64,000 nt of DNA from Candidatus Latescibacterota bacterium (GTDB taxonomy: Bacteria > Latescibacterota > UBA2968 > GCA-2709665): assembly GCA_965248435.1 (NCBI GenBank), contig OZ252100.1:384001-448000 (forward strand). The letters are read 5' to 3'. The translations under genes and the position numbers were made by a program. Within the stretch, counting starts at the first letter, position 1; every line of letters starts with the position of its first letter. Below, one piece after another: positions 26,076-35,863 of this stretch. The notes beneath the pieces were generated by a model, which was not told where the DNA came from, ran no database searches, and was given only the letters and a program-made list of their open reading frames with translations.

Positions 26076-26624
26076 TTGGAACCCTTAACGATCATTTTAG
26101 CCCTGCTGGGACTGGTCCTCTTCATCCTGAACGTATACCAGTATCTCACCCAGCGTTCGGTGCTTCGCATCGCAGAAATTCTCTACATCATGAGTCGAAA
26201 CGTTCGAGAGAAGGCGGCCGAGGTCCGTCGGGATCGCAAAGATGTCGAGATCGTGGAAGCGCACCTATTTGATATTTCCACGTCGGCGCGCAGTATTCTT
26301 CGAACCCTGGGCAGGAGCAACGATTCTCTCGGCCCGGATCCTTCTGTTGAACTCTCGCCCAACCCGAATCGGTTGGATTCGGACAGCCTCCTTAGGCTGG
26401 CCGATAACATACTGTATGCGGTGTTGGAAGACGCCCCCGAAGCCAAAGGGGATGAGGTCGTCGACAGGGCGCTGGATCGGTTCATGCAGAAGGTGCCCAC
26501 ACTCGACCGAGATGCCGCGAAGAAGATCGTAACAGCAGTGGCAAGGCAGTCCGAACGCGGGACCAACGGGCCGCTTACCTTTTCTGTATCCGAACACCAG
26601 AGGCAATATCCAAACAGCCGGTAG
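26076..26624 (+). CDS. Hypothetical membrane-anchored helical protein
   Basis: TTG start after GGGAGG RBS. N-terminal TM helix. Confidence 0.7.
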   Translation: MEPLTIILALLGLVLFILNVYQYLTQRSVLRIAEILYIMSRNVREKAAEVRRDRKDVEIVEAHLFDISTSARSILRTLGRSNDSLGPDPSVELSPNPNRLDSDSLLRLADNILYAVLEDAPEAKGDEVVDRALDRFMQKVPTLDRDAAKKIVTAVARQSERGTNGPLTFSVSEHQRQYPNSR

Positions 26625-26705
26625 CTGACCGCCACCGGCTGTTTCTTCTCGTTCCAAATACCGCGCCTTCGCAACCACTCCCGGTCCACCTCCCTCAGCG
26701 CTTCA

Positions 26706-27149
26706 TCAACCCGACTGATTTTCTACGTATTCTTCGCTAAAGGCCGTGGAGAAATCTTTTTTCGAGGCCTCGGAAAGCCTGATATCTCCGCCCGCTTCGC
26801 ACTCGGCTTTGAAGGTTGCCCCTTCCTCTACGATCAGCACTTTGGTCTTTATCTTTCCCACAAAGGCCGCTTGAGATTGGAGGTGCACCTTCTCCTCCGC
26901 TATCAGAGTGCCGACCATCCTGCCGCTCACGAGTGCATCTCTCACCCGCACATCGGCTTCAATGACGCCCGTTTCACCGACGATCAGGGTCCCCGAGGAG
27001 ATAAGCTCTCCCCTCAGCACACCATCGACCCGGACCCCGGTCTCGATCTGAAACCTTCCTTCAGACTCAGACTCGCGCCCGATTACCGTGTTAATTGCCT
27101 TCCCGTTGGACGCAAACTTGACCTTTTTGAATTTCCCGTTGCCATCCAT
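26706..27149 (-). CDS. Bactofilin (polymer-forming cytoskeletal protein)
   Basis: NTVIG..GVRVDG..G.LIVGETGVIEADV..GKIKTKVLIVEEGATF. Confidence 0.9.
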   Translation of the reverse strand: MDGNGKFKKVKFASNGKAINTVIGRESESEGRFQIETGVRVDGVLRGELISSGTLIVGETGVIEADVRVRDALVSGRMVGTLIAEEKVHLQSQAAFVGKIKTKVLIVEEGATFKAECEAGGDIRLSEASKKDFSTAFSEEYVENQSG

Positions 27150-27273
27150 GATCATTTCCTTCTCTGTAGACTCAAAATGGACCCCCCCTAGAACCTCACA
27201 ACCCGCACAATATACAAAACTTAAGGAAAGGGAGTCAACGATTTAATTTCCACGCTTTTCGCCCCGTTGGGTC

Positions 27274-27302
27274 TTGACATACTGTCCCCAAGGCCTTATT
27301 TT
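27274..27302 (+). promoter_or_regulatory. Sigma70-like promoter of the ABC operon (a divergent one at 27209-27238 serves bactofilin)
   Basis: TTGACA-17-TATTTT. Minus strand has TTGACT-18-TATATT. Confidence 0.55.
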
Positions 27303-27397
27303 GCAACAAGTTCCACACAATCACAGCGAACGGTCATTCCAACGGGAACACGACCATCTCACCTACGCAACCAGACCCATCTCATAAACCGTCCACG

Positions 27398-28189
27398 GTG
27401 AATCGGTCCGGTAGACTCCGGCTCCTACTCCACCAGTACGCCCTTTCCCCGATCTTTGTTCTGTTCCTGGTCGGGATTTGGGAATATCTCGTACGCATCC
27501 TGAATGTTGCTGACTACATCCTCCCCCCTCCCTCGCAGATCCTCGACCGGCTCATCACCTCTCGCCATATGCTCATTAACCACGCGGTCGTGACCCTGCA
27601 GGAAGCGATCCTGGGTTTTGTCCTGGGCGCATTCTCTGGCATGACGTGCGCCGCCGCGATGGCCAGGTCCAGGGCCGTTGAGCGGATGCTCTATCCCCTG
27701 GTTATTTCCTCACAAACTTTTCCAAAGGAGGCCCTCGCTCCGATTTTCGTCGTCTGGTTCGGTTTCGGTATCCTCCCGAAAGTTATCATCGCCGGTCTCA
27801 TCTCTTTCTTTCCGGTCGTCATCAATACGACGAGAGGGCTCCTGTCCGTCGATCCGCTCATCCTGGACTTGATGCGCTCCCTTTCGGCCAGACCACATCA
27901 GGTATTTCTAAAGGTCCAGCTGCCCAACGCGATTCCGTATCTTTTCGCAGCCCTCAAGATCTGCGTCACTCTGAGCGTGATCGGCGCGGTCGTCGGTGAA
28001 TTCGTCGGTGCGAGCGCGGGGCTCGGACACTTGATTCGCCTGGCCAACTCCGAACTGGCCACAGACCTCACGTTTGCGACGTTGATCGTCCTGGGCGCGA
28101 TGGGTACTTCCCTTTTCCTGCTCGTGGAAGGTCTCGAAAAGGGCTTGATGCGTCGGTGGCGCGGGACTTCCCCCGCCTTGATGAGATAA
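27398..28189 (+). CDS. NitT/TauT family ABC permease
   Basis: ILPPPS, WFGFG, FFPVVINT, GAVVGEF. Confidence 0.9.
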   Translation: MNRSGRLRLLLHQYALSPIFVLFLVGIWEYLVRILNVADYILPPPSQILDRLITSRHMLINHAVVTLQEAILGFVLGAFSGMTCAAAMARSRAVERMLYPLVISSQTFPKEALAPIFVVWFGFGILPKVIIAGLISFFPVVINTTRGLLSVDPLILDLMRSLSARPHQVFLKVQLPNAIPYLFAALKICVTLSVIGAVVGEFVGASAGLGHLIRLANSELATDLTFATLIVLGAMGTSLFLLVEGLEKGLMRRWRGTSPALMR

Positions 28190-28201
28190 GAGGCCCTTAA
28201 G

Positions 28202-29185
28202 GTGAAACGATACTTTCTGTTGGCTGCTGCTGTGGGTTCCTTACTACTCCTTCGTTGCTCCCAGGGTGTCCCCGAAGGCAATCATATCCAGCTTTTGCTC
28301 GACTGGAAGGCGCAGATGGAGCACGCCGGCTTCTTCCTGGCGGACCAAGCCGGGTATTACGAGAAGGAGGGTCTAACGGTGGAGATCCTGGAAGGGAACG
28401 GGGCTCCGACCACGGCTCAACTCGTTGGAAACGGGACCTACAAGCTGGGCGTGTCGAGTGGCTCCGCCACAGTTATGGCGCGCGCGAAAGGGATCGGGGT
28501 TGTTTCCTTGGCCGTCATCAACCAGCATTCGCCCGTCGTCGTCTATTCTCTTACCAAGAGCGGCATCCGCGAGCCTGCCGACCTCCGTGGCAGACGCATT
28601 GGGGTTAACCTTGGAGGCACCAAACACCGGGAGTTCCAGGCATTCTTGAAGAAGGTCGGCATCAAAGAAACGGATGTTCGCCTGATGGGGATGACCGAGT
28701 CCAGCCCGGCACCCCTTTTGGCGGGAAAGGTCGACGCGATGCTGGGTTATACCGAAGACCAGCCGGTCAGCGTCGAACTCCGGGGAGAGGAGGTGAATCG
28801 CATTACCCTGTCGGACCACGGGATAGATCTCTACAGCACAAATATCATCGTGAATCAGCAATTTCTCGCCGAAAACCCTGGCCTCGTCCGCCGCTTCCTG
28901 AGCGCCACGCTGGATGGGTGGCGCACCGCTGTTGCACATCCCGAAAAGGCCCTATCAGCCTACATGTCTGCTCGACCCGAAAGCAATTCCCGATTCAACA
29001 GGGCAAACTTCGAGCAGCTCATCCCACTTCTCGAGAGTGAGGACACGGAGATAAAGGGTTTGGGTGCACAGAGCGCACATCGCTGGGAGGCGACTCAGGA
29101 GATTCTGTTCGACCTTGGAATGATCGATCATAAGCTGGATGTGACGGAACTCTACACAGACCTTCTCCACCCCGCTCAACCATAG
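28202..29185 (+). CDS. NMT1/THI5-like ABC substrate-binding protein
   Basis: LLDWK..HAGFFLA..GYYEKEGL, PADLRGRRIG. Signal peptide with Cys. Confidence 0.9.
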   Translation: MKRYFLLAAAVGSLLLLRCSQGVPEGNHIQLLLDWKAQMEHAGFFLADQAGYYEKEGLTVEILEGNGAPTTAQLVGNGTYKLGVSSGSATVMARAKGIGVVSLAVINQHSPVVVYSLTKSGIREPADLRGRRIGVNLGGTKHREFQAFLKKVGIKETDVRLMGMTESSPAPLLAGKVDAMLGYTEDQPVSVELRGEEVNRITLSDHGIDLYSTNIIVNQQFLAENPGLVRRFLSATLDGWRTAVAHPEKALSAYMSARPESNSRFNRANFEQLIPLLESEDTEIKGLGAQSAHRWEATQEILFDLGMIDHKLDVTELYTDLLHPAQP

Positions 29186-29193
29186 CTCTCTGT

Positions 29194-29988
29194 TTACCCA
29201 TCGAGCATACCGCGCAGGCGCTCCTCCAGCTTTACGAACCGAGGGTCCGATCGAAGTCGAGATGTTCTGGGCCTGGGGAAGTCCACGCTTAAATCGCCGA
29301 GGATCCGACCCGGGCGCTCGGACATGACGATCACCCGGTCACCAAGCAGAATAGCCTCCGGAATGCTGTGTGTGACGAAGAATACCGTGGGCTCCGCATC
29401 CCTCCAGATCCTCAGCAATTCCACCTGCATTCGCTCACGGGTGATTTCGTCCAGCGCCCCGAATGGCTCATCCATCAAAAGCAGGGAAGGCCGATAGGTC
29501 AGCGCCCTGGCGATGGCCACCCTGGACTGCATGCCTCCTGAAAGCTCCCTGGGATAGGCCTGCTCGAACCCCTCCAACCCGACGGACCGGATCATCGGAC
29601 CGGACCGATCCACGACCGTCTCATCCTTCAATATTTCTCCGGGAAGCGCGACATTTTCTTCCACGGTACGCCAGTCCAACAGGGCCGGGCTCTGAAAGAC
29701 AACGCCTACGTCTTTCGCCTTCCTGGCCGTCTCCGGGTGCCTGCCATTTACCAGAACCTGTCCCTGGGTGGGCGCCTCGAGGTCTCCAAGCATGCGAAGC
29801 AGTGTGGTCTTTCCGCATCCCGACGGCCCGATGACACACACGAACTCGCCCACACGCACGCTCAGACTGATCCCCTGAACAGCGGTCACCCGATTCGAGC
29901 CCAGCTCGAAGACCTTGTGCACGTCCCGGAACTCCACCGCCGCGTGAACGGTATTGCTGTCGCTCATCTTCGAATTTTGTTTAAGCAT
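29194..29988 (-). CDS. NitT/TauT family ABC ATP-binding protein
   Basis: GPSGCGKT, LSGGMQSR, LLMDEPFGALD, VTHS. Confidence 0.95.
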   Translation of the reverse strand: MLKQNSKMSDSNTVHAAVEFRDVHKVFELGSNRVTAVQGISLSVRVGEFVCVIGPSGCGKTTLLRMLGDLEAPTQGQVLVNGRHPETARKAKDVGVVFQSPALLDWRTVEENVALPGEILKDETVVDRSGPMIRSVGLEGFEQAYPRELSGGMQSRVAIARALTYRPSLLLMDEPFGALDEITRERMQVELLRIWRDAEPTVFFVTHSIPEAILLGDRVIVMSERPGRILGDLSVDFPRPRTSRLRSDPRFVKLEERLRGMLDG

Positions 29989-30008
29989 CGGAGGTGATCA
30001 GAACAAAT

Positions 30009-30033
30009 GGCCGCCTCCGCAAGGGAAGCGGCC
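30009..30033. terminator. Hairpin between the Kelch gene and the ABC ATPase
   Basis: GGCCGCCTCC-GCAAG-GGAAGCGGCC. Confidence 0.45.
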
Positions 30034-30082
30034 AAGGATAAAGACTCGGCTGAAACGTAAATCTGACCAGCTGGCTTCAAGA

Positions 30083-31192
30083 TCAGGGTTTGAACAGCGC
30101 GGCACGCTCTCGGGGGATGAAGTTCTCCCCATAACCGCCAACGATCAATACGTTCCCGTCGGGAAGAAGCGTGGTGGATGATCCGCTTCGAACTCGTCCC
30201 AGGTCGCTGTTCAGCGCACGGAATTGTCCCGAGGTCGGGTCGTAGATCTCTGCATCCCCTTCAAAACCGCCGATCATCAGGACACTGCCGTCAGCCAATA
30301 GGATGGCCGAGTGAGCAAAACGCGGTGAAACCATGTTTCCGGTCGGCGTGAAGCTCCCATCGTCAGGAAGGAAAAGCTCGGCTGTCCGGGTCGGTGAGAA
30401 CGTCCCGAAGACCCGGTTCTCAACGGTCGTGCTTCCGCCGGCGATCAGCACCCTCCCGTCACGCAGGAGCGTGGCCGTATGTCCGAATCTCAGACCGAAC
30501 AGATGGAATTGAATATCCTCTAACCCGAAATCGAATATCTCTGCGTATCCCCTTATGCCTGCACCGCCAAGAATCGTCCCGACCACCAGGACCCTGTCAT
30601 CTGAAAGCAGTGTGGCTGTCGGACCAATCCTGCGAGACGGGCGAAACTGACTCTGAAAGCGATATGGAGAGAAGGATTCGAATTCCCCGGTAGAAGGGTT
30701 ATAGAGCTCGTAGAATCTCTCATCTTCCCCCGTAACGAGGACGTCTCCACTCCGCACGCGAACAGCCGACCGAACCCTGTCGAGGATGTTGAGCTGCCCG
30801 GTCGTCGTGAACCTGTCGGTCGCCGGATCGTAAATCTCGGCCGTCGCCTCGCCCCCCCCGACGATCAGGACCCTCCCATCCTGGAGGAGCACCGCGTGAT
30901 GTTCCGAACGCCGGAAGGCCATCGTATCTTCAGTCAGAGTGAACAACCCGGTCGCAGGGTCGTATGTTTCAGCGGTCGTCAGGTTGCCCTCATCGAAGTC
31001 GATCGATGCCCCTCCGATTACCATGACCTTTCCATCAGAAAGGAGCGTGGCAGAGTGGTTCACACGCGCGTGATGAAGACCCCCTGTTGACGAAAAGTCG
31101 CCTGACCCGCCTGTGCTGATCTTGTCAATTTGACAACCATTCAGCACGAGCAACAGCGCCAACGTAGCCCGGAACCCTGTGATATTTCGCAT
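30083..31192 (-). CDS. Kelch/galactose-oxidase-type beta-propeller lipoprotein
   Basis: Repeated HxATLLxDGRVLIxGG..AEIYDP. Lipobox LNGC. Confidence 0.85.
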   Translation of the reverse strand: MRNITGFRATLALLLVLNGCQIDKISTGGSGDFSSTGGLHHARVNHSATLLSDGKVMVIGGASIDFDEGNLTTAETYDPATGLFTLTEDTMAFRRSEHHAVLLQDGRVLIVGGGEATAEIYDPATDRFTTTGQLNILDRVRSAVRVRSGDVLVTGEDERFYELYNPSTGEFESFSPYRFQSQFRPSRRIGPTATLLSDDRVLVVGTILGGAGIRGYAEIFDFGLEDIQFHLFGLRFGHTATLLRDGRVLIAGGSTTVENRVFGTFSPTRTAELFLPDDGSFTPTGNMVSPRFAHSAILLADGSVLMIGGFEGDAEIYDPTSGQFRALNSDLGRVRSGSSTTLLPDGNVLIVGGYGENFIPRERAALFKP

Positions 31193-31295
31193 TTGAACAC
31201 CTTCTTTTTGTACCGGATGGTAAGTCACGTTCAAGCAAATCTAACCAAATCCCGGGCGGGGGCCAACCCCCTTTTGCCGTGTTTCTTACGACACG

Positions 31296-32030
31296 TCACG
31301 GAGCCTGCAATCTCTTCGATCCCGCGGAGGCCCGGGCCATCGGCCCCCATAGACGGTAGAGGCCAGCTAAGGTTCCAACGACGTTTCGGGCACGGAAGAA
31401 CTGAGAACGGCCATATTGGCGGGGATAATGGCTCACCGGCGCCTCGGAAAATCTCACTCCGGCAAGATCCAGTTTCTTCACGAGCTCCAGACAGACGGCC
31501 CCGCCCGTTTCCCTCAAACCCATCTGCTGCAGCTCCCGTCGGCGAATCAATCTGAAATCGCAGTTCAGATCCCGGATCGGGACCCGAAACAGCCGCCCAA
31601 TCAACCATCGATAAAAGAGACCGATCCAGATACGATGTTTGGGATCGTGCCGAGCGACCTTATATCCATTCGCGGCACCGGCCTCTTCTCCAAGGACGGC
31701 CAGGAGACTTCTGATCTCCCTGACGTCATACTGCCCGTCTCCGTCCGTGTAGAAGACCCACGCCTTGGTCGCGCTTTGGAACCCGGATCGGAGCGCCCCG
31801 CCATAACCTCTGTTTGCTTCGTGAAGAATGAGCTTGAGTCTCGGGTACCGACTCTGAAGTCTCGACAGTAGATCCTGACTCCCATCCGAACTCGCGTCAT
31901 CGACCACAATCATCTCATAGTCGTCGGCAACCTCTCTTGCAACCCGGTCGGCCCTTGAGATCAATCCCCCGATTGTACCCACGTCGTTGTAACAGGGGAA
32001 AAAGATCGTCAGCGATGAAACTCGCTCCAT
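31296..32030 (-). CDS. Glycosyltransferase family 2 (DPM/ArnC-like)
   Basis: FFPCYND, VVDDASSD, NRGYGGAL, YTDGDGQY. Confidence 0.9.
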   Translation of the reverse strand: MERVSSLTIFFPCYNDVGTIGGLISRADRVAREVADDYEMIVVDDASSDGSQDLLSRLQSRYPRLKLILHEANRGYGGALRSGFQSATKAWVFYTDGDGQYDVREIRSLLAVLGEEAGAANGYKVARHDPKHRIWIGLFYRWLIGRLFRVPIRDLNCDFRLIRRRELQQMGLRETGGAVCLELVKKLDLAGVRFSEAPVSHYPRQYGRSQFFRARNVVGTLAGLYRLWGPMARASAGSKRLQAP

Positions 32031-32049
32031 GCGACCTGCCGGAATCGGG

Positions 32050-33201
32050 CTACGCGCCCTTGTCTTTGGATGTGACCTGCCCAAACGCCAGAACAGCCTT
32101 CGAGACGATTTCAGCTTGCGTATCGGATAGCTCCGGATAGATCGGCAGACAGAGAATCTCTTTGGATACACGCTCAGTGTGGGCAAGCCCACCCTGCCCG
32201 ACCCGGCAGCCTGCGAAGCCGGGCTGCAGGTGTATAGGAACGGGATAGAGCACCGCTGCATCCACGTTGAGTTCGTCCAGGGAATTCTTGAGGGCGTCTC
32301 GGCGGGGGCTCCGTAGAACGTACTGGTGATAGACGTGAAATGCCCGCGGGGGTTCGGCCGGCAACAGGAAATCCAAACCGCTCAGGCGACTTGTATAGAA
32401 TTTGGCCAGTTCGCGGCGGCGGCGGTTTGCCTCATCCAGGAACTTGAGCTTGACTCTAAGCACGGCTGCCTGCAGCTCGTCCAGGCGGCTGTTCGTACCT
32501 GCCGTTTCACTCACGTACCGCCTTCTCCACCCATACTCCCGCAATAAGGCCAGTCGCTCTCCAAGCTCCGGGTCATCTGTCGCCACGAGTCCCCCATCTC
32601 CGATCGCACCCAGATTCTTCGTGGGGTAGAAGCTGAAGGCCGATACATCGCCCCAGGCCCCCGTCATTCGATCGCCTATGGCAGCCCCGTGCGACTGCGC
32701 GCAGTCTTCCACGACCGAGAGGCCATAGCGATGGGCGACCTCCAGAATCCCTTCCATTTCCGCAGGACAGCCGTAGAGATGGACGGGGACGATGCACCGG
32801 GTGCGTGTTGTTATCGCCGATTCGATTCGTTCGGGATCCAGAGTAAAACGCTCCGGATCAATCTCAACAAGGACAGGGGAGGCCCCACAAAGCTGAATGG
32901 CCGCTGCCGTCGCACCCGATGTAAAAGAGGCTGTGATCACTTCCCTCCCCGGACCTGCCCCACACGCCAGCAGCGCGAGTTGCAGCGCGTCCGTCCCACT
33001 CGCCACCCCGACCGCGTGCTCGAGTCCCAGATATGAAGCGAACTCAGACTCGAAGGCTTCGGTTTCAGATCCCAGAATGTAGCGCCCGCTCTCCAGGACC
33101 TTTTGAATCGCAGCCTCGATCTCCTGGCGGTGGGACAGGAAACTCGCCTTGGGATCGGCCGACGGTATTCGGCCTGGTTTCGTCACACTTTCCACTGACA
33201 C
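32050..33201 (-). CDS. DegT/DnrJ/EryC1/StrS PLP-dependent aminotransferase
   Basis: PVHLYG, EDCAQSHG, FSFYPTKNLGAIGDGG, NSRLDELQA. Confidence 0.95.
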   Translation of the reverse strand: MSVESVTKPGRIPSADPKASFLSHRQEIEAAIQKVLESGRYILGSETEAFESEFASYLGLEHAVGVASGTDALQLALLACGAGPGREVITASFTSGATAAAIQLCGASPVLVEIDPERFTLDPERIESAITTRTRCIVPVHLYGCPAEMEGILEVAHRYGLSVVEDCAQSHGAAIGDRMTGAWGDVSAFSFYPTKNLGAIGDGGLVATDDPELGERLALLREYGWRRRYVSETAGTNSRLDELQAAVLRVKLKFLDEANRRRRELAKFYTSRLSGLDFLLPAEPPRAFHVYHQYVLRSPRRDALKNSLDELNVDAAVLYPVPIHLQPGFAGCRVGQGGLAHTERVSKEILCLPIYPELSDTQAEIVSKAVLAFGQVTSKDKGA

Positions 33202-33273
33202 GACGTGATCCTTTCACTCCGATCCACCGTATTGCCTCTTGACTCTCCCCTCTCAGGCTCTATCTTGGGCGAC

Positions 33274-33708
33274 ATGCTCGGCAGAAAGTTTATCGATGTT
33301 TTGTGTCGGACGGCTGTCTGTCTAGCGTGCCTGCTGGCCATTGAGATGGTTGCGTGCGGCGACGGCGGAAAGCTCAGTCAGACGATCATCGGGACCTGGT
33401 CCATCGACATCGGTGGGTCAAGACTTGCCATGAACGTCTCGATTCAGGATCTGTCCGGGTCCCTGATACAACGCCTTTCGGAACAGGGACACGCCGGCCG
33501 GTTTCGGTCGGCAGCCTATCGAATTGACGCTGAGAATGCGGACACACTCAGCATTTCGGTTGCGGCTCTGGGAGAATTCACCGTTGTCCGTTCTGGTGTC
33601 ACGTCGGTCGCCGAGCTCTTTTTCGTGAGCACCCACGACGGGTTCATGGGGGCCCATCCAGAACACCTGGGCCTGCTACGAAAAGAGGCCGGTTCATCGA
33701 ATCCCTGA
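33274..33708 (+). CDS. Hypothetical lipoprotein-like ORF (possibly degenerate)
   Basis: ..EMVACGDGG..IIGTW N-terminus, with TTGACT-16-TATCTT upstream. Confidence 0.35.
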   Translation: MLGRKFIDVLCRTAVCLACLLAIEMVACGDGGKLSQTIIGTWSIDIGGSRLAMNVSIQDLSGSLIQRLSEQGHAGRFRSAAYRIDAENADTLSISVAALGEFTVVRSGVTSVAELFFVSTHDGFMGAHPEHLGLLRKEAGSSNP

Positions 33709-33766
33709 ATCGGCCTTGCACATCCTTCGGAGACGCGTTGCGCGCAGGTCCGCAGCGGAGTCTGTC

Positions 33767-34117
33767 CTACGCCTCTTCGACAGACCCGAATTCCTCTGCG
33801 AGTTGTCGCAGATAATCAAAGGTGTAGATTCCTGTGTCGTGGCCGTCTGCCCACGTCACCTTGATGGCATATCTGCCCACGGCAGCAACATTGAGCACCT
33901 TATCCGTAGCGGCCGCCTCTCCGCTCGTGATAACGTGTAGCCCATCCTTTGCAACCTGCTTCTCCCTCTGATCCACGCATACCGCGCAGGGACAGTACCT
34001 TCGCAGATCAGCCAGGGAAAACCTGGCTTTCGTGCCGTCTTTCCATTGGGTCTTGATTTGACCTGCATCTCGATCGATGTCGATCTGCTGAAGTGTGTTT
34101 GCTTTCGGATTTTCCAG
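33767..34117 (-). CDS. DUF971 (GBBH-like N-terminal, CxCxxC) protein, probable CTG start
   Basis: Frame is open upstream of the listed 69-aa ORF: WKDG..LADLRRYCPCAVC..VGRYAIKVTWADGHDTGIYTFDYLR. Confidence 0.8.
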   Translation of the reverse strand: MENPKANTLQQIDIDRDAGQIKTQWKDGTKARFSLADLRRYCPCAVCVDQREKQVAKDGLHVITSGEAAATDKVLNVAAVGRYAIKVTWADGHDTGIYTFDYLRQLAEEFGSVEEA

Positions 34118-34289
34118 ATCAGATCCTGACTACTTGAGAAGTGTCGATCAATACGACATTAGGCTAACTTCATTTCTCTTCCACACACAAGGTGCCGCCA
34201 AAGGAACTTTTCGGTCCGACGGGGGTCTACTTCATAAGAATGCATAATGCAGAATCATATCCCGGTCCAGGGCCCGCGGGTCGTTACAG

Positions 34290-35045
34290 ATGAACTTCAT
34301 CCATCATCGATTCTCAGACAGCCTGCTTTCGATCCTTGCCCGGAGTCGCGAGAGGCAGAAGCGATTCACCCGTCTGCTTGCCGACCGACCGACGGGCGTC
34401 AGGATAAAAGTCCGCGAAAAAGCTGCCGACGCGGACCTGAAACGGGCCTACACCCAGTTGATGGCCAGGTCTTCTGCCATTTCCTCCCTGTTCTTGGCAG
34501 CCCTTTTCCTTCTCTTCTCCGAGTTTGAGCCGTCGGTTTACCTGGGCACAGCCCGAACACCGTTTATCCAGATACAGGACATCCCTGAAACCGTGCAGCG
34601 CTTTCAGCCTGAAACGCCACGTCCCGCGGAACCCCTGGCCGTTGAAGGTGAGGAGATCCCCGAGGACGTGACGATCGAATCTACCGAACTGGATCTGGAC
34701 AACGTCCCGGTCGACTTGCGTATGACGGGTCCGATGGCCATGGGGCCGCCGGTGGATGAAGCCTTGGACATTTCAGAGATCGAAGACAAACCCAAGTTCG
34801 TCTTCTGGCCGCTTCCGGAATACCCCGAAGCCGCCTTGAAAGATAAACTGGAGGGTGTCGTAAATGTGCGTGTCTTGGTTGGCAAGGACGGCAGGGTTGA
34901 GCAGGTGGAAGTGATCGGCGGCACAAAACTCTTCTTTGAGGCAGCGGTCGCGACGGCACGCAGATATCGTTTTCGGCCGGGTAAGCACGAAGGCGAAATC
35001 AGGAAGGTCTGGATGCCGATGCCGATTCGCTTTTCCCTGAAATAG
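34290..35045 (+). CDS. tonB: Energy transducer TonB
   Basis: TM anchor, Pro/Glu-rich spacer, PEYPEAA..EGVVNVRVLVGKDGRV..RFRPG..PIRFSL. Confidence 0.85.
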   Translation: MNFIHHRFSDSLLSILARSRERQKRFTRLLADRPTGVRIKVREKAADADLKRAYTQLMARSSAISSLFLAALFLLFSEFEPSVYLGTARTPFIQIQDIPETVQRFQPETPRPAEPLAVEGEEIPEDVTIESTELDLDNVPVDLRMTGPMAMGPPVDEALDISEIEDKPKFVFWPLPEYPEAALKDKLEGVVNVRVLVGKDGRVEQVEVIGGTKLFFEAAVATARRYRFRPGKHEGEIRKVWMPMPIRFSLK

Positions 35046-35152
35046 CTCGGATCCGCCTTTCAGGGGAGGTAATCTCCTAATCCGCCTCACGTAGCCGCCT
35101 TGAAAACACGTGGACAATGTTGAACGGGACGCAGGGTCATTCCCTGGGCAGG

Positions 35153-35863
35153 CTACCTTTCCAAATTGTGTCTAAACGTCAATTCCTGCAACAAAATCCC
35201 GAAACGCTCCCGAAGTGCCGGCTTCAAACGAAACGCCCTCCGATAGGCCACCGCGGCGTCGTCATAGAATCCCTGTGCCGTCAAGACTCGCCCCATCAGC
35301 ACATAGCTGGGGGCGTAGTTTGGTGCACGTTCTGTGGTTTTGGACGCCATCGCCAGTGCCTCCTCCAGGTTCCTTCGCCGCAGATAGATCCAGCCCAGCC
35401 CTTGATAGGCCTGGATGACACCGGGATCCTGGCGCAAAGCCAGCTTGTAGTGCTGCTCCGCTACTTCCAGGTCCCCCTGCTTTTGATGAAAGTATCCAAG
35501 AGCAACGCTGACGCCTGCATCCACCGAATCCAGAAGGGCGATCCGCCTGCAGACCTGGATGGCCTGAAAATAGGCATCCAGATTGGCATAGGCGCTGGCC
35601 AGGAGCCGGAGTGCCTGGAAGTCTGACGAGTCTCGACGAACGATTTCATTCAGTTCGGCAGCGGCAGCCGCAAACTCCCCCGCTTCCATGGCCTCCACGG
35701 GCGCCCGCAGATTTGGTGGAACGGAGGAGACGAGCGTATCCTGCAGCACGTCCCAAAAGGGATCGTCCACTTCCTGTGCCCGGGCTTGGCCGGAGTACAG
35801 ACTCAGACCTGCCCACACCCAAACGATCGGGATTATTACGAATCGAGCCAATTCCTGTTTCAC
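35153..35863 (-). CDS. Exported tetratricopeptide repeat protein
   Basis: Signal peptide and several TPR units (AYQGLGWIY, A..AYRRAFRLKP). Confidence 0.8.
   Translation of the reverse strand: MKQELARFVIIPIVWVWAGLSLYSGQARAQEVDDPFWDVLQDTLVSSVPPNLRAPVEAMEAGEFAAAAAELNEIVRRDSSDFQALRLLASAYANLDAYFQAIQVCRRIALLDSVDAGVSVALGYFHQKQGDLEVAEQHYKLALRQDPGVIQAYQGLGWIYLRRRNLEEALAMASKTTERAPNYAPSYVLMGRVLTAQGFYDDAAVAYRRAFRLKPALRERFGILLQELTFRHNLER

Noticed and set aside
27305-27397. Possible TPP riboswitch ahead of the THI5-like transporter
   Set aside because: Only a small hairpin is present. The CTGAGA and related TPP core motifs are absent.
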